50,823 nt of DNA. It comes from an uncultured Deferribacteres bacterium (GTDB lineage: Bacteria > Zhuqueibacterota > Zhuqueibacteria > Zhuqueibacterales > Geothermadaptataceae). The stretch is from the NCBI GenBank assembly GCA_964014485.1, contig CAXHAT010000031.1, positions 1 through 50,823 of the forward strand, written 5' to 3'. Positions within the stretch are counted from its first letter, which is position 1. Each line of letters starts with the position of its first letter. Shown here piece after piece: positions 1 to 8,025 of this stretch. The notes under the pieces were generated by a model, which had not been told where the DNA came from, made no database searches, and saw only the letters and a list, made by a program, of their open reading frames with translations. The position numbers were made by a program, and so were the translations under genes.

Positions 1-86
1 GATTCCCGCCTGCGCGGGAATGACGCAAAAGTGACGTTTCTCAGGTGCTATTTTGGAAAATTTCCGAAAGTGCGTAACATGAGTTA
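1..86. repeat. Right part of a REP-cored MITE-like element, family A (truncated by the window edge)
   Basis: gattcccgcctgcgcgggaatgac...gtgcgtaacatgagtta aligns with 2606-2690. It carries the 'gtcattcccgc..gcgggaatc' REP-type arm. Confidence 0.8.
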
Positions 87-137
87 CAAATTACAAGTGC
101 GCGTGGTTTAGCCAGTAACATTCGAGCGATCATAAAA

Positions 138-2507
138 ATGAAATTTCAAAAAAAACTGACTCTCGTTTTCTTCGCATCGTTGCTTTTCGCCGGCTTTCAA
201 AACGCCTTTTCGCAAAATCGCTATTTCCGTGAAAGCGCAAAGATTTTTGATGACGATTCCGTTGCCGTGATCAGCATTGACATTGCGCCGGAGAGTCTGA
301 ATTATATTCTCGATCCGGCCAATGCTGAGAGCGATTCTCTATTTAGCGCTACGTTCACTTTTCGCAACGGCACGCTGCAGAGCGAGACCGTTCCCCACCC
401 GGTCGGCTTTCGGCTGCGCGGCAACACGTCCCGAACTTCGCCGAAAAAGTCGTTCAAAGTCGACTTCAACAAATTCGCGCCGGGCGCCAATTTTCACGGG
501 CTGGAAATCATGAACATCAACGGCGAGCATAATGATCCCTCGGTTTTGCGCTCACGATTGAGTTGGCGGGTTTTCAACGAGTTTGGCGTTCCGGGGGCTC
601 GCACAGCCTTTGCCGTTCTCAATATCAATCGCGTCTATTTCGGACTGTACGTCATCGTTGAGCATTACGACGAGGAGTTTATCCAGTCGCGCTTCGGCAA
701 TAACGACGGCAATCTTTACAAATGTCTCTGGCCGGCAGATCTGACGTATCGCGGGCCGGGGCAAAATCGCTATAAATTCGGCACAAGCAACCGCCGCGCC
801 TATGAACTGAAGATTAACGAAGAATTAGACGACTACACCGATCTGGCGCAATTTATTACCTTTCTAAATATCACATCGGACGAAGAATTTGCGCGGAACA
901 TTGAAGAACGATTCAATGTGCGGGGCTTTCTGAAATATCTCGCCGTAAATACAATGACCGGCATGTGGGACGATTATTGGGTCAATAAGAACAATTTTTA
1001 TCTTTACAATAATCAGGACACGGGAAAATTTGAGTTCATCCCCTACGATTACGACAACACTTACGGCATCGATTATTTCGGCGTGGATTGGGGGCGAATC
1101 AACATTTATCAGTTCGGCGAATTGTCTGATGAACGCCCGCTGGTTAAACGGATTTTAGCGATTCCCGGCTATCGAAATTTGTATACCGAACATATTCTCG
1201 CTCTCGCCAACGACGCGTTTACGCCCAAGGCGCAGGAGCCTTTTGCCGCAAGATGGCATTCGTTGGCCGACCGTTGGATTGAGAACGATCCGTTCTACTC
1301 TCTGCAATACGGCTTCACCATCGAAGACTTCCGCAGGACGCTGGATGAGCCAATCGGCGGCCACGTCAAATACGGCATTCGCGATTATATTTCCGCACGC
1401 ACAATCTCGGCAATAAATCAAGCAACGACAGGACCTTTGCCCCCGGAAATTTTCGATATTGAGCATGAAATCGACCCCGGTTTTAGCGTTACGGTGCGCT
1501 GCCGTTTTCAAGACAAGCCTGGCCTGCAACAGCAATTGCTGCGATACCGCTTGGGAAATGGCGAATTTCAAACGGAATTTCTGTGGGACGACGGCTTGCA
1601 CAACGACGGCGCCGCTAATGACGGCGTTTACGGTGCGCTCTTCGCCCAGGGCGACGCTTCTTTTGCAGATTACTACGTCAAGGCGCAAGGCGGCGCAGGC
1701 GCGTGGACGATCAGCCCGCAAAACGCGCCCCTGCAGCCGACACGCATTCACTTCGACGCCGGTTCGGAATTTCCGTTGGCCATCAATGAAATCTTGGCAT
1801 CGAATCGCATGACAAACAGCGACGAGTTCGGCGAGTTTGACGATTGGATTGAAATCTACAACACCGCTGACACGACCGTTTCCTTGAACGGATTTTTTCT
1901 TTCCGATAATTTCGCCCAGCCGAAAAAATGGGCTTTGCCGGACATGGATTTGGCGGCCAAGTCATTTCTTTTGATCTGGACGGACAGCGACAACAGTCAG
2001 GGCGCCTTGCACACAAATTTTCGTTTGGACGCTACGGACGGCGAGCAGATTGGTATTTTCGCGCCGGACGCGTTCGGCAACGCGCCAGTTGATACGCTCA
2101 CTTTTGGCCCGCAGACGACGGACGTCTCAATCGGGCGGGGCCCGGACGGCGTCGGACTGTGGCAGGTTTGTTCGTCACCCACGCCGGGAGCGGCCAATTC
2201 CACCAAGCCAACGTCGGTTGAATCTCCAGAGAGCGCCATTCCAGCCGTTTTCCAATTCCAAAGCGTTTGGCCGAATCCGGCGGTTGCTTCCACGAATTTT
2301 CGGTTTGAATCCAACCGTGCAGACAGGGTAGAAATTGTCGTTTTTGATATTTTGGGAAGGGAAGTTTTAAGCCATTCCAAAGAATTCGCAACAGCAGGTG
2401 CGGCAAATTTACAAATCAACCTAACGAGCCTTCGACCAGGCGTTTACATTGTTCGAGCTACGCAAAATAATATTGTAAGAACGCGAAAGCTGGTCATTGT
2501 GCCATAA
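138..2507 (+). CDS. Secreted CotH kinase-family protein with lamin-tail domain and T9SS/FlgD-type C-terminal sorting domain
   Basis: Signal peptide; CotH motifs RLRGNTSR..PKKSFKVDF, NNFYLY and FIPYDYDNTYG; LWDDGLHNDG..NDGVYG module; LTD start INEILASN..DWIEIYN; CTD WPNP...LRPGVYIVR..TRKLVI. Confidence 0.85.
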   Translation: MKFQKKLTLVFFASLLFAGFQNAFSQNRYFRESAKIFDDDSVAVISIDIAPESLNYILDPANAESDSLFSATFTFRNGTLQSETVPHPVGFRLRGNTSRTSPKKSFKVDFNKFAPGANFHGLEIMNINGEHNDPSVLRSRLSWRVFNEFGVPGARTAFAVLNINRVYFGLYVIVEHYDEEFIQSRFGNNDGNLYKCLWPADLTYRGPGQNRYKFGTSNRRAYELKINEELDDYTDLAQFITFLNITSDEEFARNIEERFNVRGFLKYLAVNTMTGMWDDYWVNKNNFYLYNNQDTGKFEFIPYDYDNTYGIDYFGVDWGRINIYQFGELSDERPLVKRILAIPGYRNLYTEHILALANDAFTPKAQEPFAARWHSLADRWIENDPFYSLQYGFTIEDFRRTLDEPIGGHVKYGIRDYISARTISAINQATTGPLPPEIFDIEHEIDPGFSVTVRCRFQDKPGLQQQLLRYRLGNGEFQTEFLWDDGLHNDGAANDGVYGALFAQGDASFADYYVKAQGGAGAWTISPQNAPLQPTRIHFDAGSEFPLAINEILASNRMTNSDEFGEFDDWIEIYNTADTTVSLNGFFLSDNFAQPKKWALPDMDLAAKSFLLIWTDSDNSQGALHTNFRLDATDGEQIGIFAPDAFGNAPVDTLTFGPQTTDVSIGRGPDGVGLWQVCSSPTPGAANSTKPTSVESPESAIPAVFQFQSVWPNPAVASTNFRFESNRADRVEIVVFDILGREVLSHSKEFATAGAANLQINLTSLRPGVYIVRATQNNIVRTRKLVIVP

Positions 2508-2512
2508 CTTTT

Positions 2513-2690
2513 ACTACCTGTACGCTCCAGCTATGAAGCCAAAGATACTCCTGTCAAAGTCATTCTCGCGGAGGCGGGAATCCAGTCAATCGCGCACAGC
2601 CCTTGAATTCCCGCCTCCGCGAAAATGACGTAAAAGCGACGTTTCTCTGGTGCTGCTTGAGAAATTTCCAAGAGTGCGTAACATCAGTTA
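2513..2690. repeat. REP-cored MITE-like element, family A
   Basis: Inverted arms gtcattctcgcggaggcgggaatc (2559-2582) and aattcccgcctccgcgaaaatgac (2606-2629). The right part matches 1-86. The left boundary is approximate. Confidence 0.75.
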
Positions 2691-2983
2691 CTACATCAAA
2701 ATGCGCGACGCGCCCATAAAATATGTGCGTGCTTCTGAATGACTCTTTCTCTGGAATGCGACAATTCATCGTCGCCCCGCAAGCTCCCAATCAAGCGATG
2801 AAGCGTATGACTCCGCAATTACGCTTCGAACAAAATCGCAAACGCGATTGGTTCGCTGAGCAGCAACGATAGTCTCATTTATACCTAAAGGCTTGCTATG
2901 TTCTTTACAAAAAATATGTTGTTCATAGTGGATGTTTTTTAATTGGCAGAAGCGGGATTTTTGAGTGGCAAGAGGCGGGTCAA

Positions 2984-4558
2984 ATGAAACTATGCTGGTT
3001 CCCTTCCGACAAACGTCGTCGCGGCGTTATGCTCTTTTTCTTCTTAATGGTTGTCCTAACAACCGGATGCTCGCAACAAGCGCCTGAAAAATTTAAAGTT
3101 GCGGTTATTCGCTATCAGCACGAAACATGCACCTTCTGTCCCGGCGGCGACGTTGAGGTCGAAGACTGGACGAAACTGCGTCCGCCGCTCAAAGGCGAGC
3201 AAGTTTACAATGCAGGTTCATACGCTCGCGGATTCGCAGCCCAAGCGCGCGCCTTTGGAGACATGGAACTGGTCGGGCTGGAATCGCCTTATTCCGTCTT
3301 CGGCGGTTCGTCCAGAAGCTGGAACTCCGAAGCCAGTTTTGATCATTTTATGGGGCGCATTCTCGACGATCTGCGCGCCAATCTGCCAGTCGAAGGCGTT
3401 TATCTTGCGCTGCACGGCGCGATGGCGGTGCGCAATATTCCGCGCCCGGAGGCGGAAATTGCCAAGCGTGTGCGCGAAGTGGTTGGCGAAAACGTGCCGA
3501 TTGTCGGCACGTTCGATTTGCACGGTAACGAAGACGCGGAATTTCTCCGCTGGGCGGACGGCGCTTTCGTAACCAAACGCTTTCCGCACTACGATTCCTG
3601 GTTGCAGGGCGAACGTGCGGCGCGCTACCTGCGTGAAATCATGCACGGAAATTATACGCCGACCACCGCTTCCAGAAAACCGCCTGTGATCACCGCAACG
3701 GTTTTGCAATGGACGGGACAATCGCCGTCGATGGACATTATGGAACGCGCGCGCCGCTGGGAAGCGCGCCAGCCAAACGCTTTTGTGAGTGTATTTTACG
3801 GCTATCCCTGGTCGGACGTGCCCGACGTTGGCACAGCGGTTCATGTGATGACCAACAACGATCAGGCGTTAGCGGACAGCATCGCCGACGATATGGAAGA
3901 GTTTATTTGGCGCGTTCGAGAAAAATTTGCACACGGCGGATTTCCCATGCCCGACGAAGCCGTGCGCCGAACAAAGCAAGCCATTGCTAAAGGAGAAACG
4001 CCGGTGGCGCTCGGCGATTACTCCGACCGCCCCGGCGACGCCACCTGGATTTTGCAGCAACTGATCGATCAAAAAGTGGATCGCGTGCTCTACGCCTGCT
4101 TGCGTGACGAACGCGCGCTGGAGGCGCTAACAGAAAACAACGCCAAGCCCGGCGATGCGTTCGACATGGAAGTCGGCGGATTTACCGGTCCGCAGGCGGG
4201 CAAGCCGGTGCGCATTAGCGGGACACTGCGGTTTTTCGGGCCGGAACTGGGTTACGAAAAAGTCGCGGTTGTCGAATTTGGCAATGATTGCCTGCTCGTT
4301 TTGACCCCGACCTACGAACAAATCACCACCCTCGCCCCCCTTCGTTTTGGACCGATTGATCCTGATAAATTCGACGTTTTCGTGGTGAAATCACGCGCGC
4401 ATTTCCGGCGCGGATTCGACGAAACGGGATACGCCAAAACGATCTTCGTCGTCGACGCACCCGGCGACTGGTACGGCACCACGCGGCTCGACGCTTTAGA
4501 CTATCAATTTGCCCCGATCGACAAACTGTATCCTTTCGGCGATCCGGCAAACCAATAA
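2984..4558 (+). CDS. M81-family metallopeptidase (MlrC-like), probable lipoprotein
   Basis: HETCTF, LALHGAM, FDLHGN, FPHYD and VKSRAHFR motifs; hydrophobic N-terminus ending in TTGC. Confidence 0.85.
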   Translation: MKLCWFPSDKRRRGVMLFFFLMVVLTTGCSQQAPEKFKVAVIRYQHETCTFCPGGDVEVEDWTKLRPPLKGEQVYNAGSYARGFAAQARAFGDMELVGLESPYSVFGGSSRSWNSEASFDHFMGRILDDLRANLPVEGVYLALHGAMAVRNIPRPEAEIAKRVREVVGENVPIVGTFDLHGNEDAEFLRWADGAFVTKRFPHYDSWLQGERAARYLREIMHGNYTPTTASRKPPVITATVLQWTGQSPSMDIMERARRWEARQPNAFVSVFYGYPWSDVPDVGTAVHVMTNNDQALADSIADDMEEFIWRVREKFAHGGFPMPDEAVRRTKQAIAKGETPVALGDYSDRPGDATWILQQLIDQKVDRVLYACLRDERALEALTENNAKPGDAFDMEVGGFTGPQAGKPVRISGTLRFFGPELGYEKVAVVEFGNDCLLVLTPTYEQITTLAPLRFGPIDPDKFDVFVVKSRAHFRRGFDETGYAKTIFVVDAPGDWYGTTRLDALDYQFAPIDKLYPFGDPANQ

Positions 4559-4631
4559 TAACTTTTGAGAAAGTGTTAAGTTGAGGGAGAATCAGCTGGT
4601 GAGGTAGAAAACTTGAATGCTATCGGGAAAA

Positions 4632-4855
4632 TCAAAGTAAGCCAAGAAATTCGCTTCGCGACAACTCACAATCTCGTAGAATTTTTGCCATGAGTCCCGG
4701 GCCAATTGTCTCGCCGGCATGAACCGGTACAACAGTCGCGCGGTTGTCCGGATGGCGTAAAAAATGATGACTTCCTTTGATTCGCAGAACTTCGAAGCCT
4801 TCTTTTTCAAGACGGCAATGATTTTTTTGCCGGTTAGTACAGGCAATTTACTCAT
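4632..4855 (-). pseudogene. hicA: HicA-family toxin split by a 1-nt frameshift (pseudogene, recoded gene or sequencing error)
   Basis: MSKLPVLTGKKIIAVLKK continues in the -1 frame as EGFEVLRIKGSHHFLRHPDNRATVVPVHAGETIGPGLMAKILRDCELSRSEFLGLL*, with HicA GSH and VPVH motifs. The shift is at the A5 run 4803-4807. ATGA overlap with hicB. Confidence 0.85.
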
Positions 4856-5064
4856 ACGACAAGGCTCACTTTCTGCACGCCGACGAATTCTAAAGGTTCT
4901 ACTTCTCCTTGTACTTCGAGACACAGTTCTATAGCTTCGCGGATGCGCGTCATCAATTCATCTAAAGACCGTGCTTGCGTATGACACCCGTTTAAGGTAG
5001 GCACCGAGGCGACGTAAAAACCCTCGCCGTCCCGTTCAATAACAACGTTGAAATCTTTGTGCAT
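4852..5064 (-). CDS. hicB: Short HicB-family antitoxin (no DNA-binding domain)
   Basis: VVIERDGEGFYVASVPTLNGCHTQARSLDELMTRIREAIELCLE; start moved to ATG 5064 with a GAAGGA SD. Confidence 0.9.
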   Translation of the reverse strand: MHKDFNVVIERDGEGFYVASVPTLNGCHTQARSLDELMTRIREAIELCLEVQGEVEPLEFVGVQKVSLVV

Positions 5065-5231
5065 GACATTTCCTTCATTTTCAAAACAATTGAGCATTTT
5101 TGATTTGAGCGATTTTAGTAAAAAAAAGCGCGAGCTGCAAGCGGAGAGTGAGCAGTCCGAGCCCGGAGTTGTAAGAATTAAGTTCAACTGAGAAATGAAT
5201 TGACCGCAAATCCCAAAAGCGACTTTTACGG

Positions 5232-5355
5232 TTCGTTTCCAAACTCCGGCTTGGAATAAAAATGGGTGAGAAACTCCGGTTTCGAGTGCAATTTTGTTTC
5301 CAACCCAGAGATTGTGAACGAAATTTTCGAGCGCCTCGAAATTAGGTTGACGGTA
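5232..5355. repeat. Degenerate REP-cored element, family C
   Basis: tcgtttccaaactccggcttggaa resembles the 45033-45062 palindrome. Ends in cgaaattaggttgacggta, identical to 45076-45094. Confidence 0.65.
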
Positions 5356-5460
5356 ATGCGTCTCCGCAGAAATGACGGTGATAATTGGTTGCTAGGTTAT
5401 AGAACTGCTTCGCAACATCAGATTTTAGTTATTCCTTGTTTCTCTTAAAACCCGGACTTA

Positions 5461-5493
5461 TTATGTACATACATATTTTCGCCATGTACATAA
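5461..5493. promoter_or_regulatory. Twin palindromic operator (ATGTACAT x2) of the phd-vapC operon
   Basis: atgtacat at 5463-5470 and 5484-5491, 21 bp apart, just upstream of the antitoxin start. Confidence 0.65.
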
Positions 5494-5509
5494 AAATCGA
5501 GACAAACAG

Positions 5510-5746
5510 ATGAAGACCATCACGCCCACGGAATTGCGCGGCAATCTTTTTAAATTGCTGGATGAAGTTCTTCGCACCAAAATTCCGCTTGAAATAAAAA
5601 AGGGAGGGGAAAAGCTGATAATTGTTCCAGCGGAAAAGACGGATAAATTGCAGAATCTCATCCCCAGACCACACGCAATCAAAGGCGATCCTCATGATCT
5701 TGTTGAGGTCAATTGGGGCGGGGAGGTAAATCTTGATTTACCTTGA
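5510..5746 (+). CDS. Phd/YefM-family antitoxin
   Basis: MKTITPTELRGNLFKLLDEVLRTKIPLEIKKGG is a typical Phd N-terminus; overlaps the PIN gene. Confidence 0.85.
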   Translation: MKTITPTELRGNLFKLLDEVLRTKIPLEIKKGGEKLIIVPAEKTDKLQNLIPRPHAIKGDPHDLVEVNWGGEVNLDLP

Positions 5747-6107
5747 TACGCACGTCATCGTATGGCTATATGCCGGTGAAGTCGCCAGGCTGAGCAGCGA
5801 AGCAAAGCGCCTGATCAATGAACATGAGGTTTTTATCTCGACGGTTGTGCGTTTAGAATTGCAATATTTGTTCGAAATTGAACGCATCACGCAAGGCGGC
5901 AACGAAATTGTCTCCGATGTTGCAGCACGCATTGGCTTAAAAACATGCGACAAAAGCTTTGACGCCATAATTGGCGAAGCGCTCGCACTCTCCTGGACTC
6001 GCGATCCGTTTGATCGCATTATCGTCGCAAACGCCTCCTTGAACGATAACATTTTGCTCACTAAAGACCAGAGCATATTGCAGCGTTATCAACATGCCAA
6101 ATGGTAG
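5733..6107 (+). CDS. vapC: VapC/PIN-domain toxin
   Basis: YLDTHVIVW ... RDPFDRIIVA ... LLTKD; TTG start with a GGAGG SD. Confidence 0.9.
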   Translation: MIYLDTHVIVWLYAGEVARLSSEAKRLINEHEVFISTVVRLELQYLFEIERITQGGNEIVSDVAARIGLKTCDKSFDAIIGEALALSWTRDPFDRIIVANASLNDNILLTKDQSILQRYQHAKW

Positions 6108-6161
6108 AAATGCTGTGAGCCGTACTCGATTTCACGATTAAATTTAACAAAGGCCATCGAG

Positions 6162-7883
6162 ATGATCATGAAGAAGAATCTAAGATTTCACCATTATTTG
6201 CTCGTGCTGTTCAACTTAGGCGTTTTAAGTTTCTCTACGGCAACAGCGCAAAATCATTACGACGGCCTTTCCGCAAAAGTCGATTCGCTTTTTGCTCGCT
6301 GGGACAAGCCTAACTCGCCAGGCGCTTCAGTTGCAGTTATCAAAAGCGGTCAAATCATTCACTCGAAGGGCTACGGCGTCGCAAATTTGGAGTACGACGT
6401 CGCGATTACGCCGGAAACCATTTTCCATGTCGCATCCGTTTCAAAACAGTTCGCCGCTTTCGGCAACGTGCTTCTGGCGCAACAAGGCAAGTTGTCCCTC
6501 GACGATGACGTTCGAAAGCATCTGCCGGAAACGCCGGATTTTGGCGAAAAAATAACCATCCGTCATCTCATCCACCACACCAGCGGCATTCGCGATCAGT
6601 GGAATTTGCTCGGGTTGGGCGGTTGGCGGATCGATGACGTTATCACCAAAGAACACATTTTCAAGCTGCTTGCCAAACAGCGCGAATTGAATTTTTCTCC
6701 CGGCGCAGAGTATGTTTACTGCAACACCGGCTACACCATGCTCGGAGAAATTATCGCCCGCACAACGGGAAAACCGTTTCGCGATTGGATGGACGAGCAA
6801 GTGTTCGCGCCGCTTGGCATGACCAACACGCTTTTTTACGACGATCACGAAAGAATCGTTAAGAACCGTGCATACTCTTACAGCCCCGCGTACCCTGGCG
6901 TTTATCGGAAGAGCGTTTTGAGTTACGCCAACGCAGGGGCCACGAGCTTGTTCACCACCGCGGAAGATTTGGCGCGCTGGCTCGACAATTTCAGAACGAC
7001 GAAAATCGGGGGCAAAGAGGCGCTCGAGCAAATGCTCGAACGGGGCGTACTTACAAACGGCGATACGACGAACTACGCGTTCGGCCTGGTCGTGGATAAT
7101 TATCGCGGCTTGCGGCGCATCAGTCACGGCGGGGGCGACGCCGGATATCGCACGTTTGTCGCTTATTTCCCTGAACACGAGCTTGGCGTGGTAACGTTGA
7201 GCAATTTCGCGTCTTTCAATCCCGGCGGTCTCTCCATGCAGGCGGCCAATCTTTATTTGTCGGAGCATTTGGACGCTCCGCAGCCGTCGGCGAGCCCAAC
7301 CGAAGCGAAGCCAGAACTTGAGCAAACCGAGTTGCCGGTTGAAAAATTGAAGCGTCTGGTCGGAAATTATCTTTTGGTCGAGCTGAATACCTATCGACGC
7401 ATTCGCCTGCAAGACAATCAACTTTTCTATGACCGCGAGGGACAAGGCTCCAGCCCCCTGACGCCCCTAAAAGACGGACGGTTTTTGATGTTGGGCGTGC
7501 CAAACGAGTTTATTTTAACGGAATTGCCGTCACAAACGAATGAACCCAAAAGGCTGCGTTGGATCATCGACGGCCAGCCGAGTTCGCACCTGCAAGCTTA
7601 TGAACCCTGGGAGCCGTCGGCCCAAGAAATCGCCGACTTTGCTGGTCGCTATTACAGCCCGGAATTGGAAACGGCATACACGATTGTCGCTGACGGCGGG
7701 AATTTTGTCGCCAAGCATCGGCGGCATGAAGACATTTCACTAAAACCGCGCTTGAAAGATCATTTTTCAAGCCATACATGGTATTTCGGCTCTCTCCGGC
7801 TCGAGCGCAACTCCCAGAACGTCGTCACGGGTTTTCGCGTTTCAAGCGGTCGCGTTCGAAATGTTTTGTTTGAAAAACAGTGA
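6162..7883 (+). CDS. Secreted serine hydrolase, beta-lactamase/PBP-like (S12, MlrB-like) with C-terminal extension
   Basis: Signal peptide; SxxK (ASVSKQF), LIHHTSG, YCNTGY and HGG motifs. Confidence 0.88.
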   Translation: MIMKKNLRFHHYLLVLFNLGVLSFSTATAQNHYDGLSAKVDSLFARWDKPNSPGASVAVIKSGQIIHSKGYGVANLEYDVAITPETIFHVASVSKQFAAFGNVLLAQQGKLSLDDDVRKHLPETPDFGEKITIRHLIHHTSGIRDQWNLLGLGGWRIDDVITKEHIFKLLAKQRELNFSPGAEYVYCNTGYTMLGEIIARTTGKPFRDWMDEQVFAPLGMTNTLFYDDHERIVKNRAYSYSPAYPGVYRKSVLSYANAGATSLFTTAEDLARWLDNFRTTKIGGKEALEQMLERGVLTNGDTTNYAFGLVVDNYRGLRRISHGGGDAGYRTFVAYFPEHELGVVTLSNFASFNPGGLSMQAANLYLSEHLDAPQPSASPTEAKPELEQTELPVEKLKRLVGNYLLVELNTYRRIRLQDNQLFYDREGQGSSPLTPLKDGRFLMLGVPNEFILTELPSQTNEPKRLRWIIDGQPSSHLQAYEPWEPSAQEIADFAGRYYSPELETAYTIVADGGNFVAKHRRHEDISLKPRLKDHFSSHTWYFGSLRLERNSQNVVTGFRVSSGRVRNVLFEKQ

Positions 7884-8025
7884 CGGGAAATCACAATCAA
7901 ACGCTGAAGCGTTTGACTCCAGGGTAAAATCTCAGCTTCCTGAGTCAAATATATTTAAACTGAAGTATCCAATAAATGTCTTTTTTTTAAATCAATCTGA
8001 GTGGATTTTTTTGGAGGAGAGAGTT

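Noticed and set aside
4592..4924. 110-aa ORF from the track taken as a real protein
   Set aside because: It joins the hicA N-terminus to out-of-frame sequence; the real product needs the -1 frame.
4559..6160. Integron cassette array around the TA genes
   Set aside because: No attC with RYYYAAC/GTTRRRY boxes and paired arms, no integrase, and the operons are divergent.
6441..7445. 334-aa minus-strand ORF
   Set aside because: Antisense shadow of the serine hydrolase gene; no motifs or RBS.
7861..8025. N-terminal extensions of track ORFs (DPP-IV; likewise 16171, 27853, 31784, 43657 and 46548)
   Set aside because: Downstream ATGs give better-supported starts (SD site, signal peptide or family N-terminus); the 43657 extension runs through a repeat.
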